Shown: positions 48,200-58,659, numbered from the stretch's first letter. The stretch: DNA of 64,000 nt from Flavobacterium sp. (GCA_043783565.1 JAYVZG010000038.1:3069-67068), one strand, 5' to 3'. Notes: generated by a model not told the origin, from the sequence alone. Numbers and translations: made by a program.

Positions 48200-49456
48200 A
48201 TGAAAAAAGCACTACTTTTTCTTTTTCTATCTTTTTCAAGCTTTTCATTTTCACAATCATTAAACGGGCCTGAAAGTATTGAATGGGACACTGCCAATTC
48301 GAGATGGTTGATTGGAAATAAAGGAAACGGAACCATACTTGCAAGAAGCGAAACAGGAATCTTAAGTAATTTTGTTTCTGGAATTCCTTCAGGGCCATAT
48401 GGTATTGAAATTTTAGGAAATGTGTTGTATTCCTGCGAAGGTGGAATTATTAAAGGGTACGATTTAACTTCAGGAAGTACTGTTTTTACTCTAAACGTAA
48501 ATGGAACTTTTTTAAACGGTTTGACTTCAGATGGAGTTGGATTTTTATATACTACTGATTTCTCAGCAAAGAAAATCTTTAAAGTTGATGTGAATGCAGT
48601 TACTTTTTCAACAATAGCTTCGGGACTTGTAAAAACCCCAAATGGGATTATATATGATGGAGAGAACAATCGTTGTGTTTATGTAACTTGGGGAGCCAAT
48701 GCTCCAATAAATGCAATTAATTTAACAACGAATGCAATTTCTACGTTATTAGCAACGACGCTTAGCAATTGTGACGGAATCACTAGAGATAGTTGTGGCA
48801 ATTATTATGTATCCTCTTGGGGAAACAATCGACTTAATAAGTTTGATGCTTCGTTAACAGGGACGCATACGGTGCTTCCAACGGTGTTAAATAGTCCAGC
48901 AGACCTTGACACAAAATTTGGAACAGTGAGCGATATCATTGGGAATACCAATTCAAATAATACAATTACACTAACGACGGTTACTTTACCCGTTGCTGAG
49001 ATTGTTTATGGAGATGTAACAATGACCACAACGGCAACTTTTCAATCGTATCAATGGTATTTTAATGGTGTATTAATAGATGGCGCGACGAATCAAACGT
49101 ATATACCAATCCTTCAAGGTGAATATTATTGTGTCGTTACTCAAAATAATTGTTCGGCTCAATCTAATGTAATTACAGCTCCTTTCTTAAGTAATAGTGC
49201 GTTTGAATCTAACAATGAAATCAAACTCTATCCTAATCCGGCTAACGATGAGATCACTATTTCTTTTAATGGAAATTTAGAGGGAGATTATTCTATTATC
49301 AATTTATTAGGACAAACTGTAAATACAGGTAAAGTAAGTATAGCTACAGATACAAAACAAATAGACATTTCCGTTTCAAATTTAAAAGCTGGAAGCTATT
49401 TTCTACAATTAAAAAGTAATGGAGTACTAGAAAACATCAAATTTTTGAAAGAATAA
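48200..49456 (+). CDS. T9SS-secreted beta-propeller (SMP-30/gluconolactonase-like) protein
   Basis: Signal peptide; GPES, LNGL, PNGI, DGI, PAD repeats; Ig-like YQWY segment; YPNPA...GSYFLQL...KFLKE CTD. Confidence 0.8.
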   Translation: MKKALLFLFLSFSSFSFSQSLNGPESIEWDTANSRWLIGNKGNGTILARSETGILSNFVSGIPSGPYGIEILGNVLYSCEGGIIKGYDLTSGSTVFTLNVNGTFLNGLTSDGVGFLYTTDFSAKKIFKVDVNAVTFSTIASGLVKTPNGIIYDGENNRCVYVTWGANAPINAINLTTNAISTLLATTLSNCDGITRDSCGNYYVSSWGNNRLNKFDASLTGTHTVLPTVLNSPADLDTKFGTVSDIIGNTNSNNTITLTTVTLPVAEIVYGDVTMTTTATFQSYQWYFNGVLIDGATNQTYIPILQGEYYCVVTQNNCSAQSNVITAPFLSNSAFESNNEIKLYPNPANDEITISFNGNLEGDYSIINLLGQTVNTGKVSIATDTKQIDISVSNLKAGSYFLQLKSNGVLENIKFLKE

Positions 49457-49460
49457 TATC

Positions 49461-49970
49461 TTAAACAAACAAAGCTTTTAACTCGGTTGCATCGCTAGGT
49501 TTCATTTTCCCAGCCAAAACTAAACTTAGTTGTTTTCGACGCAAAGCACCTTCAAATCGCTCTTTTTCTAAATCAGTTTCAGGAATCACAGCTGGTACTT
49601 CAACAGGTCTTCCCGTATCGTCAACGGCTACAAAAGTATAGATGGCTTCGTTGGCTTTGCTGCGAATACCAGATTCGCGATCTTCCACCCAAACATCCAA
49701 ATAGATTTCCATAGAGCTTTTGAAACTTCTTGAAACTTTAGCTTCGACAGTAACAACACTTCCTAAAGGAATCGCTCTGTTAAAAGCCACATGATTTACA
49801 GAAGCAGTGACTGTAATTCTTCTTGAATGTCTTCTTGCTGAAATACTCGCCGCACGATCCATACGAGCTAATAATTCACCACCAAAAAGATTGTTTAAGG
49901 GATTGGTTTCGCTTGGTAAAACTAGGTCAGTTAAAACCGTTAAAGATTCAGAAGGGTTTTTCGGATGCAT
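49461..49970 (-). CDS. Acyl-CoA thioesterase (hotdog, YciA-like)
   Basis: N..NNLFGG.LLA.MD, VTASV, TFVAVD; -7 box at 50013-50020. Confidence 0.9.
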   Translation of the reverse strand: MHPKNPSESLTVLTDLVLPSETNPLNNLFGGELLARMDRAASISARRHSRRITVTASVNHVAFNRAIPLGSVVTVEAKVSRSFKSSMEIYLDVWVEDRESGIRSKANEAIYTFVAVDDTGRPVEVPAVIPETDLEKERFEGALRRKQLSLVLAGKMKPSDATELKALFV

Positions 49971-50032
49971 GTTTTTTAACTTAAGTTCAGATTGGCCTTA
50001 GGGCTTCGGATGCAAAGATACTGACACTGCAT

Positions 50033-50054
50033 AAAAAACCCCGTGAGTTACGGG
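50033..50054 (-). terminator. Probable terminator of the SPOR gene
   Basis: AAAAAA then CCCGTGA/TTACGGG hairpin. Confidence 0.55.
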
Positions 50055-50062
50055 ATAATTTT

Positions 50063-51022
50063 TTATAAAGCTTTTACCATTAACCAAGCATCTGGATTAT
50101 TTGCTTTTTGAATTTCAAGCATTGCTTGTTGCGCTTCGGCATACGTGGCATAACTCCCATATAATACAGGAAATAAACCATGTTTGTTTGGGACTATTCG
50201 TCTAGCTTTAAAACCAGATTTGAGTAAATCAGTATAAATGTTTTGTGCGTTTTCTTCCTTTCTAAAAGCACCTGCCACGATATGATAAAGCAGTTTTTCT
50301 TCTTTTACAGTTAAAGTAACAGAAGGAATTGGGGTTTCGATTAAGAAAGTAGCTTCTTGAATTTTATTTTGAACTTGTTTTTGAACAGCAGTTTCTACTA
50401 ATAAAGTTTCTTGAGAAACATGATTTTCAAACATTTTATAACCTATTGTCCCCGTAACACTAAATGCCAATACAAGAATTGCTGCATATTTAAGATAAGG
50501 TCTTCCTTTACTAACTTCAGGAGTAAACTCAATTACGTCTTTTTCTTCAGCTATAAAATCTTCTTCTTTAAGAGATGGTTCTTCTACTTGTTTGCTTTGT
50601 TCTCTTTTTACTGCTGGAGAAACAAATGAATTCAATCCAAAAGATTCTTTGAGATAATTAATGTTTTCAGAAGGCGTAAAAACTAAATTCTTTTCGGAAT
50701 TCATATGTAACTCACCAATATTCTTTAATGTAAATCTTTCGTTTACATGAATAATACTATTCCAAATAACCACTTCACTTTCGATAGAAGCAACGGCATT
50801 TTCATAAGTAGTTTTTTCTATTTGAGAAATATGATTGGCTAATAATCCGTCATTATTTTTTAAATGAGAATTAAACGAAACAACTTTCTTTGGAGGGTAA
50901 AAAGAATTTGTATTTTCATGCAAATGTGCCGATTGCATTTCGGTTAAAAAAGCCCCGAAACCAGGAACGGTTACACATTGATGACGGTATAAAAGTTGTG
51001 AAATATAATGCTCGATCTTCAT
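50063..51022 (-). CDS. HU-like (HU-CCDC81) N-terminal domains + TM + SPOR domain protein
   Basis: CVTVPGFGAF, NDGLL, central TM, YHIVAGAF....NA (SPOR); start moved to MKIEH at 51022. Confidence 0.8.
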   Translation of the reverse strand: MKIEHYISQLLYRHQCVTVPGFGAFLTEMQSAHLHENTNSFYPPKKVVSFNSHLKNNDGLLANHISQIEKTTYENAVASIESEVVIWNSIIHVNERFTLKNIGELHMNSEKNLVFTPSENINYLKESFGLNSFVSPAVKREQSKQVEEPSLKEEDFIAEEKDVIEFTPEVSKGRPYLKYAAILVLAFSVTGTIGYKMFENHVSQETLLVETAVQKQVQNKIQEATFLIETPIPSVTLTVKEEKLLYHIVAGAFRKEENAQNIYTDLLKSGFKARRIVPNKHGLFPVLYGSYATYAEAQQAMLEIQKANNPDAWLMVKAL

Positions 51023-51123
51023 AGCAACAAAGTTATACAATGCCATAGAGTAGCAAAATTTTATTCACAATTTTTATTAACAATTGAGATAAATTTTATA
51101 CTTTTCAGTTTCAAACAGTTACT

Positions 51124-52224
51124 ATGCGCCACGAAGAATTATTTTATGTATTAGCCTTGTTAAAAGTGGAAGGTGTGGGCGATATTGTCGCCAAAAAACT
51201 ACTCTCTCATTGTCAAGAACCTTCTTTAGTTTTCAAATCAAAAGCCTCTCAATTAAATGCTATTGATGGTATCGGAAGTGTTTTGTTACGAAAATTAAAA
51301 GACAAAACGATATTTCAGAAAGCCGAAGCGGAACTACAATTTATGGAGAAAAATCAAATAAACGTTTCTTATTTTCAAGAAGAAAATTATCCTGATAGAT
51401 TAAAACATTGTGTTGATGGACCCGTTTTGTTGTTTTCATCAGGAAATATAAATCTAAAAAACAGAAAAATTATAAGCATAGTCGGAACACGTCAAATCAC
51501 TTCCTATGGAATGGATTTTTGTAAAAAACTGATTGCTGATTTGGCACCACTGGACCCAATAATTGTTAGTGGATTTGCTTATGGTGTTGACATTGTAGCG
51601 CATCAATCAGCTCTTGAACACAAGTTGCAAACCATCGGTGTTGTGGCTCACGGATTGAATCAAATATACCCCAAAGCACACAAGAAGTACGTTCATCGTA
51701 TCGAAGAAAATGGTGGTTTTATGACCGAATTCTGGAGTACATCTAATCCGGATAAAGAAAACTTCGTGCGTCGTAATCGAATTGTAGCTGGGATTTCTGA
51801 AGCTACGATTGTCATAGAATCCGCTGATAAAGGAGGTTCGTTAATTACAGCTAATTTAGCCGTTGATTACAATCGGGATGTGTTTGCGGTTCCAGGAAGA
51901 GTAGGAGACAAATACAGTCAAGGGTGTAACACTCTTATTAAAACTCAAAAAGCAAATGTATTAACGGGCGCTTCGGATGTGATTTATGGTCTTAATTGGG
52001 ATATAGAAACAACATCAAAACCAATTCAAAAACAACTTTTTGTGTCTCTAGATCAAGACGAACAAAAAGTGTATGATTTTCTTTTAATGAGAGGAAAGGA
52101 ACTACTTGACATTATTGCATTGGAGTGTGACTTTCCGATCTTTAGGATTTCTGGAATTTTATTAAACATGGAGTTAAAAGGCGTCATTCGACCTTTGCCA
52201 GGTAAATTATTTGAAGCGATTTAA
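51124..52224 (+). CDS. dprA: DNA-processing protein DprA
   Basis: IVGTR, VSGFAYGVD, F.RRNRI..G, GSLITA, FAVPG. Confidence 0.95.
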   Translation: MRHEELFYVLALLKVEGVGDIVAKKLLSHCQEPSLVFKSKASQLNAIDGIGSVLLRKLKDKTIFQKAEAELQFMEKNQINVSYFQEENYPDRLKHCVDGPVLLFSSGNINLKNRKIISIVGTRQITSYGMDFCKKLIADLAPLDPIIVSGFAYGVDIVAHQSALEHKLQTIGVVAHGLNQIYPKAHKKYVHRIEENGGFMTEFWSTSNPDKENFVRRNRIVAGISEATIVIESADKGGSLITANLAVDYNRDVFAVPGRVGDKYSQGCNTLIKTQKANVLTGASDVIYGLNWDIETTSKPIQKQLFVSLDQDEQKVYDFLLMRGKELLDIIALECDFPIFRISGILLNMELKGVIRPLPGKLFEAI

Positions 52225-53204
52225 TTGGTAGCAAAACCCAGTTTTTCACGAACGCGATTCAAAACCCCAATAGCAACAACTTGAGCTTTGGCGGCACCTT
52301 TAAGTAAAGCCAAATCAATTTCTGGCAGATTGTTCATATAATAAATATAAGTTTCTCTTTCGGTTTTGAACTTTTCTACAATCAATTCAAACAAATCTTG
52401 TTTAGCATGACCGTATCCATAATCTCGATTAATATTCGCATAATTTTGAGCCATGATATTTAGTTGGCTTTCCGACGCCAATAATTTATAGATTCCAAAA
52501 ACGTTACAAGTTTCAATATTTTTAGGCTCCTCTAATGGCGTGCTATCAGTTTCAATTGACATAACTTGTTTGCGCAACGCTTTATCATCTAAAAATATAT
52601 TGATGATATTATTGGCAGATTTACTCATTTTTCCACCATTCGTTCCAGGGACATATTTGGTTTCTTCTTGAGTAGAAGCTTCTGGAATAACAAATGTTTC
52701 TCCCATTTGATGATTGAATCTCGAAGCTACATCTCGCGTCATTTCGATATGCTGCAATTGATCTTTCCCCACAGGTACAAATTGAGCATCATATAGTAAA
52801 ATGTCAGCAGCCATCAACATTGGATAGGTAAACAATCCAGCGTTTACATCCTCCAAACGATCCGCTTTGTCTTTAAAAGAATGGGCTAAAGTCAAACGTT
52901 GATAAGGAAAAAAACAACTTAAATACCAAGATAATTCAGCGGTTTGAGGCACATCCGATTGACGGTAAAAAACAACTTTATCGGTATTCAATCCACACGC
53001 TAACCAAGCTGCAGCAGTACTGTAGTTGTTGTATTGCATAATTTCACTCGATTTGATTTGAGTTATCGCATGCAAATCAGCAATAAAAAGAAACGATTCG
53101 TTTTCGGGACGATTAGACAATTCAATGGCTGGAATAATGGCACCTAATAAATTTCCTAAATGTGGCGTTCCTGTACTTTGTATTCCCGTGAGTATTTTGG
53201 ACAT
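52221..53204 (-). CDS. trpS: Tryptophan-tRNA ligase
   Basis: HLGN, YPMLMAADIL, VGKDQ.QH, KMSKS. Confidence 0.97.
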   Translation of the reverse strand: MSKILTGIQSTGTPHLGNLLGAIIPAIELSNRPENESFLFIADLHAITQIKSSEIMQYNNYSTAAAWLACGLNTDKVVFYRQSDVPQTAELSWYLSCFFPYQRLTLAHSFKDKADRLEDVNAGLFTYPMLMAADILLYDAQFVPVGKDQLQHIEMTRDVASRFNHQMGETFVIPEASTQEETKYVPGTNGGKMSKSANNIINIFLDDKALRKQVMSIETDSTPLEEPKNIETCNVFGIYKLLASESQLNIMAQNYANINRDYGYGHAKQDLFELIVEKFKTERETYIYYMNNLPEIDLALLKGAAKAQVVAIGVLNRVREKLGFATN

Positions 53205-53273
53205 AGTCAACTAAATTTTGGCAAAGGTAAATGATTTGATAAAAATACAGATTGAATTCTTACTTTTGAAGAG

Positions 53274-54017
53274 ATGAAAATAGTTAAAATTATTTTTTGG
53301 ATACTTTGGCGCATTTGGTTTTACCTAATGATGGGAATTCCAATTCTGATTATGTTTCCTTTTTTAGTAGTTTCTATACTGAAAGAAGAATGGTATCGGT
53401 ATTTTTTTGTGATGGCTAGAATTTGGGCAAAATTCATTTTAATTACTTCTGGATTTTATTATAAAGTCAAGTCTGAGCAAGTCATCGAGATGGATAAAAG
53501 CTATATGTTTGTCGCCAATCACACTTCGATGACGGATATCATGTTGACATTGGCAGTCATTAAAAACCCATTTGTTTTTGTTGGAAAAAAAGAGTTGGCG
53601 AAGATTCCTTTGTTTGGATTTTTTTATAAAAGAACCTGTATTCTTGTTGATAGAAACAGTACACGGAGTAGAATGGAAGTGTTCAATCGAGCTCAAAAAC
53701 GATTGCATCAAGGACTGAGTATTTGTATATTTCCAGAAGGAGGAGTTCCCGCAGATGAGTCGGTGGTTTTAGATGATTTTAAAGATGGGGCTTTTCGATT
53801 AGCGATTGAACATCAAATCCCGATTATTCCCTTAACATTCATGGACACTAAAAAAAGATTTTCCTATACTTTTTTTAGTGGGAGTCCAGGTTTAATGCGT
53901 GTTTTTATTCATCCGTTAATTCCTACTACAGGTAAAACTATTGAGAACAAAAAAGACATTAGAGAAGTCAAAGAAAGAGTTAGAGAAGTAATTCACAACC
54001 AACTTTTAAAGACATAA
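53274..54017 (+). CDS. 1-acyl-sn-glycerol-3-phosphate acyltransferase (PlsC family)
   Basis: NHTSMTD, FPEG. Confidence 0.9.
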   Translation: MKIVKIIFWILWRIWFYLMMGIPILIMFPFLVVSILKEEWYRYFFVMARIWAKFILITSGFYYKVKSEQVIEMDKSYMFVANHTSMTDIMLTLAVIKNPFVFVGKKELAKIPLFGFFYKRTCILVDRNSTRSRMEVFNRAQKRLHQGLSICIFPEGGVPADESVVLDDFKDGAFRLAIEHQIPIIPLTFMDTKKRFSYTFFSGSPGLMRVFIHPLIPTTGKTIENKKDIREVKERVREVIHNQLLKT

Positions 54018-54044
54018 AAAAACCCGAACGAATCGGGTTTCTTT
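54016..54044. terminator. Bidirectional terminator between the acyltransferase gene and recA
   Basis: AAACCCGA-acgaa-TCGGGTTT flanked by A and T runs. Confidence 0.85.
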
Positions 54045-54045
54045 G

Positions 54046-55050
54046 TTATGCTTCTTTTTCTTTAATAAACACTTTAATTTTTTGTTCTAATTCATCCGCC
54101 AATTCAGGATTGTCTTTGATAAGAACTTTTACAGCATCACGACCTTGACCTAATTTGGTGTCGCCATAACTAAACCATGAACCCGCTTTTTTGATGATTT
54201 CAAATTCAACGGCTAAATCTAAAATCTCACCGGTTTTAGAAACGCCTTCGCCATACATAATATCAAATTCTGCTATTTTGAAAGGCGGTGCCACTTTGTT
54301 TTTTACCACTTTTACTTTCGTTCTATTTCCAATTACATTATCCCCATCTTTTATTTGAGAAGAACGACGAATATCTAAACGGATGGAAGCATAAAATTTC
54401 AAAGCGTTTCCTCCTGTTGTGGTTTCTGGATTTCCGAACATCACCCCGATTTTTTCACGAAGCTGATTGATAAAAAACACAGTACAATGCGTTTTGCTAA
54501 TAGTTCCAGTAAGTTTTCTCAAGGCTTGCGACATCAATCGAGCGTGCAATCCCATTTTAGAATCGCCCATTTCACCTTCAATTTCACTTTTTGGAGTTAA
54601 AGCAGCAACCGAGTCAATTACTACAATATCTATAGCTCCTGATCGAATTAAGTTTTCAGCAATTTCTAGAGCTTGTTCCCCATTATCAGGTTGAGAGATA
54701 ATTAAATTTTCAATATCAACCCCTAATTTCTCTGCATAATTTCTATCGAAAGCGTGTTCAGCATCGATAAAAGCTGCAATGCCACCCGCTTTTTGAGCTT
54801 CGGCAATGGCATGTAAAGTCAAAGTGGTTTTTCCAGAAGATTCAGGTCCGTAGATTTCAATAATTCTCCCTTTTGGATACCCATTTACCCCTAAAGCTAA
54901 ATCCAATCCTAGCGAACCAGATGAAATAGTTTCTACTTCTTCAACGGCTTTATCGCCCATTTTCATTACGGTTCCTTTTCCGTAAGTTTTGTCAAGTTTA
55001 TCAAGCGTTAGTTGTAATGCTTTTAATTTGGCTTCTTTTTCTGAACTCAT
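54046..55050 (-). CDS. recA: Recombinase RecA
   Basis: [29 protein letters not shown]; start 55050 (or 55062). Confidence 0.99.
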   Translation of the reverse strand: MSSEKEAKLKALQLTLDKLDKTYGKGTVMKMGDKAVEEVETISSGSLGLDLALGVNGYPKGRIIEIYGPESSGKTTLTLHAIAEAQKAGGIAAFIDAEHAFDRNYAEKLGVDIENLIISQPDNGEQALEIAENLIRSGAIDIVVIDSVAALTPKSEIEGEMGDSKMGLHARLMSQALRKLTGTISKTHCTVFFINQLREKIGVMFGNPETTTGGNALKFYASIRLDIRRSSQIKDGDNVIGNRTKVKVVKNKVAPPFKIAEFDIMYGEGVSKTGEILDLAVEFEIIKKAGSWFSYGDTKLGQGRDAVKVLIKDNPELADELEQKIKVFIKEKEA

Positions 55051-55184
55051 CTTTTCCTTCATTTATTGTACACTTATTTTTCGTAAAAATACTTCTTTTT
55101 TCTCAAGTTGCAAGAGTAGATATTGTCGATTTTAAAAATGTTATGAGCATTTTTAAAAATGTTATTTATTCTATTTAATAGCGT

Positions 55185-55991
55185 TTATTTTTTTAAAAAA
55201 GCGGCCCATTTTTCAAACCGATCCACATCTTTTAAAGTAAAAAAAGTTTGTGCCATATCAATCGCCATTTCTCTTTTTTGAGTCTCACTTTCACAGATTT
55301 GAATGCCAAGTTCATAAATATTTTCTGCTTCTTCATAGTTTTGGAGTTGAAGTAAAGCAAAACCCATTTCCCGATACAACATAAAATTAGTAGCTTCGTG
55401 AAGCAAACCTTTTTTTAATATAGCTATAGCGTTTTCATAATTTCCAATAGAATTATAGGCAAAGGATAATTCGAAAACAAGGTTTTTAGCTTTAGGATTT
55501 ATCGTAAAAGCTTTTATTAAATAGGGTATTGCTACATTACTTTTATTAACTTTATTATAATGATAACCCAACAAAACGTAGTCTTCTGCGGTTTTCACTT
55601 TATCATCATAGAGTTGAAGCCATTGAGGTTTTTCTGGCAAATTCAATGATTCTATTTGATCGGAAGCTACTAAATAAAGCAAAGGAGTTTTTGGGTCTAA
55701 TTTACTTTTCAATATAAGGTTTTGTGAGCTGTTTTTCAACATCAAATTTGAATAGGAGTCGATAACAAGTTCAGCATAATAAGTAATAGAAAACCCTATT
55801 ATTTCATCTAAATAAACATATCCCAAAAGATAATTATTGACAGCTATATTATTATTGGGCAAAACAACCCAATGATCTACGGCGTCAATATATTCTGTTT
55901 CGAATTGGATATTGGGTTGTTTACTTAATTGCCCTAATATTAAAGAGGAATAAAAAAGGAATATGGCGAGTATAAAAAATCTTTTTGGCAT
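55185..55991 (-). CDS. Exported TPR protein
   Basis: Signal peptide; C-terminal TPR repeats. Confidence 0.75.
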   Translation of the reverse strand: MPKRFFILAIFLFYSSLILGQLSKQPNIQFETEYIDAVDHWVVLPNNNIAVNNYLLGYVYLDEIIGFSITYYAELVIDSYSNLMLKNSSQNLILKSKLDPKTPLLYLVASDQIESLNLPEKPQWLQLYDDKVKTAEDYVLLGYHYNKVNKSNVAIPYLIKAFTINPKAKNLVFELSFAYNSIGNYENAIAILKKGLLHEATNFMLYREMGFALLQLQNYEEAENIYELGIQICESETQKREMAIDMAQTFFTLKDVDRFEKWAAFLKK

Positions 55992-56176
55992 GATTCGATA
56001 GTATGTTTCAATTTTCTATATCAAACCTAAATATTTAAAAATATTAAATTGTATAGATTTTCTACATTAATTGTTAAAATTGAATAATTTAAAAAAAGTC
56101 TATTTGTATGAACGCAATGGTTTTAGAGTATTAAAAAGAAAATTATTTAGTACTTTTGGCAATAAATTTTTTTGAA

Positions 56177-56911
56177 ATGGAAAAAATTCTATCGTACCCC
56201 ATATCAGCAATAGCAATACTATTGTTTCTTTTGGGTTTGATTGTTTTTCATCCGATTCAATGGATTTGTTTTAACCTTTTCGGATACCAAGCTCACAAAA
56301 AAAGTGTCGATTATTTGAATTTATATTTGTTGCGGATCACACTCCTTTTAGGCACAACGTATAAAATCGAGAATCGAGAATCAATTCCAGAAAATGTTCC
56401 ATTAATTTTTGTTGCCAATCATCAAAGTTTGTATGACATCATTGGGATTATTTGGTTTTTGAGAAAATTCCACCCCAAATTTGTTAGTAAAAAAGAATTG
56501 GGAAAAGGAATTCCAAGTATATCCTACAACTTACGTCATGGAGGATCTGTTTTAATTGATAGAAAAGACCCGAAACAAGCCATTCCAACCATAAAAAAAT
56601 TAGCCGAATATATCGAATTACACCATCGAACTGCTGTAATTTTTCCAGAAGGAACTCGAAGTAAAACGGGAAAACCCAAAGAATTTGCACAAAGTGGGTT
56701 AAAAATATTATGTAAATATGCTCCTTCAGCGTATGTGATTCCAATATCTATTAATAATTCTTGGAAATTTGTAAAATATGGCTTTTTCCCTTTTGGTTTA
56801 GGAAATCGTATTATCTTTACCATTCACAAACCATTAGCTGTTAAAGATTTTACTTTTGAAACCTTAATGGAGAAAACAGAAAATTCAATAATTCAAGCAA
56901 TAAAAATATAA
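56177..56911 (+). CDS. Lysophospholipid acyltransferase (PlsC family)
   Basis: NHQSLYD, FPEGTRS; -7 box TACTTTTG at 56151 supports start 56177. Confidence 0.9.
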   Translation: MEKILSYPISAIAILLFLLGLIVFHPIQWICFNLFGYQAHKKSVDYLNLYLLRITLLLGTTYKIENRESIPENVPLIFVANHQSLYDIIGIIWFLRKFHPKFVSKKELGKGIPSISYNLRHGGSVLIDRKDPKQAIPTIKKLAEYIELHHRTAVIFPEGTRSKTGKPKEFAQSGLKILCKYAPSAYVIPISINNSWKFVKYGFFPFGLGNRIIFTIHKPLAVKDFTFETLMEKTENSIIQAIKI

Positions 56912-56921
56912 TTACCAAACA

Positions 56922-57911
56922 ATGTCTATAAAAAACATACGTCTAGAAGTGATGCAATTTCTAGAAAATAAAGTAGAAGGATTCATGGATGAATACTTGA
57001 TTCCTGTAGAAAAAATATGGCAGCCCTCTGATTTTTTACCCAATTCTGAAAGCGATACTTTTTTTGAAGAAGTAAAAGAACTTCGCGAATTAGCCAAAGA
57101 TTTACCCTATGATTTTTGGGTTGCAATGGTTGGAGACACCATTACTGAAGAAGCATTACCCACCTATGAATCCTGGTTGATGGATGTAGAAGGCGTTGAT
57201 AATGTTGAGCGGAATGGTTGGTCAAAATGGGTTCGCCAATGGACAGGGGAAGAAAACCGACATGGTGATGTTTTGAATAAATACTTGTATTTGTCGGGCC
57301 GTGTCAATATGCGCGAAGTTGAAATTACAACCCAACATTTAATCACTGACGGATTTGATATTGGAACCGGAAGAGATCCGTATAAAAATTTTGTATATAC
57401 TTCTTTCCAAGAATTAGCTACGTATGTTTCTCATAATAGAGTGTCTCAGCTGGCAAAAACCTATGGAGATAATAAATTGTCTAAAATGTGTAAAATGATT
57501 GCTGGAGACGAAATGCGTCACCATCATGCGTATAGTGAATTTGTGACTCAAATTTTTAAAGTCGATCCAAGTGAAATGATGTTGGCTTTCAATCATATGA
57601 TGAGAAATAAAATCACTATGCCAGCAGGGTTTTTAAGAGAATCTGGGCAACAAATTAGCGCAGCTTTCGAACAGTTTTCAAATTCTGCTCAACGAATCGG
57701 AGTTTACACAGCCAATGACTACGTAGATATTATGCAAAAACTCATCGATAAATGGGAAATAGATAAAATCACTGGTTTGACTGATGAAGCTGAGAAAGCA
57801 AGAGATTATTTGATGAAACTTCCAGGAAGAATGGCTAAAGTTTCTGAAAGAATGGTTATCCCATCTGATTCTTTCATTTTTAAATGGGTGGAGCCAGCAG
57901 TAGCGAGATAA
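56922..57911 (+). CDS. Soluble acyl-ACP desaturase (ferritin-like diiron)
   Basis: WQPSDFLP, TEEALPTY, EENRH, FQELAT, DEMRH. Confidence 0.92.
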   Translation: MSIKNIRLEVMQFLENKVEGFMDEYLIPVEKIWQPSDFLPNSESDTFFEEVKELRELAKDLPYDFWVAMVGDTITEEALPTYESWLMDVEGVDNVERNGWSKWVRQWTGEENRHGDVLNKYLYLSGRVNMREVEITTQHLITDGFDIGTGRDPYKNFVYTSFQELATYVSHNRVSQLAKTYGDNKLSKMCKMIAGDEMRHHHAYSEFVTQIFKVDPSEMMLAFNHMMRNKITMPAGFLRESGQQISAAFEQFSNSAQRIGVYTANDYVDIMQKLIDKWEIDKITGLTDEAEKARDYLMKLPGRMAKVSERMVIPSDSFIFKWVEPAVAR

Positions 57912-57915
57912 AATT

Positions 57916-57985
57916 CCAATATTGAATACACAATAGCGAATGTTGAATTTTGAAGTGTACGCGCTTTAAAATTCAACATTTTTTA
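57916..57985 (+). terminator. Heptamer-period hairpin with U-tail
   Basis: Stem AATGTTGAATTTTGAAGTG / CGCTTTAAAATTCAACATT then TTTT; left side is NNNGAAT-type 7-mers. Confidence 0.65.
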
Positions 57986-57996
57986 ATATTAAAACA

Positions 57997-58650
57997 ATGA
58001 ACCATTTGGATATAATTTCTAAAACCATCACGTTTGTAAAACAACAATTGGCGAATGCCGAAGGCGGACACGATTGGTTTCACATCGAGCGAGTGTATAA
58101 AAATTCCTTGTTGATTGCTCAATCTGAAAATTGTGACGAAACCGTTGTGAAATTAGGCGCATTGCTTCATGATATCGCCGATAGTAAATTTCATAACGGA
58201 GATGAAACCATCGGACCTAAAGTAGCCAAAGATTTTTTAGAGAAAGAAGCAGTAGATGATGCGATGATTAAACATGTTTTGAACATCATTGAAAACATTT
58301 CTTTTAAAGGAGGCAATTTTGATAAAAACTTCACTTCCAAAGAATTAGAAATCGTACAAGATGCTGACCGTCTCGATGCTATTGGTGCAATTGGAATTGC
58401 TAGAACTTTCAACTACGGTGGATTCAAAAACAGACCGTTATACAATCCAGCGATTGCACCAAATCTTCATATGACAAAAGAAGAATATAAGTCGAGTGAA
58501 GCACCGACAATCAATCATTTCTACGAAAAATTATTGTTGCTAAAAGACAAAATGAACACGGAAACCGGGAAACAAATTGCCCAAGAACGCCATCATTTTA
58601 TGGAAACATTCCTGTCGCAGTTTTATGCTGAATGGGATGGGGAGAAATAA
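57997..58650 (+). CDS. HD-domain phosphohydrolase
   Basis: HDWFH, LLHD, QDADRLDAIGA. Confidence 0.9.
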   Translation: MNHLDIISKTITFVKQQLANAEGGHDWFHIERVYKNSLLIAQSENCDETVVKLGALLHDIADSKFHNGDETIGPKVAKDFLEKEAVDDAMIKHVLNIIENISFKGGNFDKNFTSKELEIVQDADRLDAIGAIGIARTFNYGGFKNRPLYNPAIAPNLHMTKEEYKSSEAPTINHFYEKLLLLKDKMNTETGKQIAQERHHFMETFLSQFYAEWDGEK

Positions 58651-58659
58651 AATGGAATG

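Noticed and set aside
48190-48669. 159-aa minus-strand ORF
   Set aside because: Antisense shadow of the T9SS beta-propeller gene; no recognisable motifs
54046-55062. Intein or intron in recA
   Set aside because: Normal length with contiguous motifs
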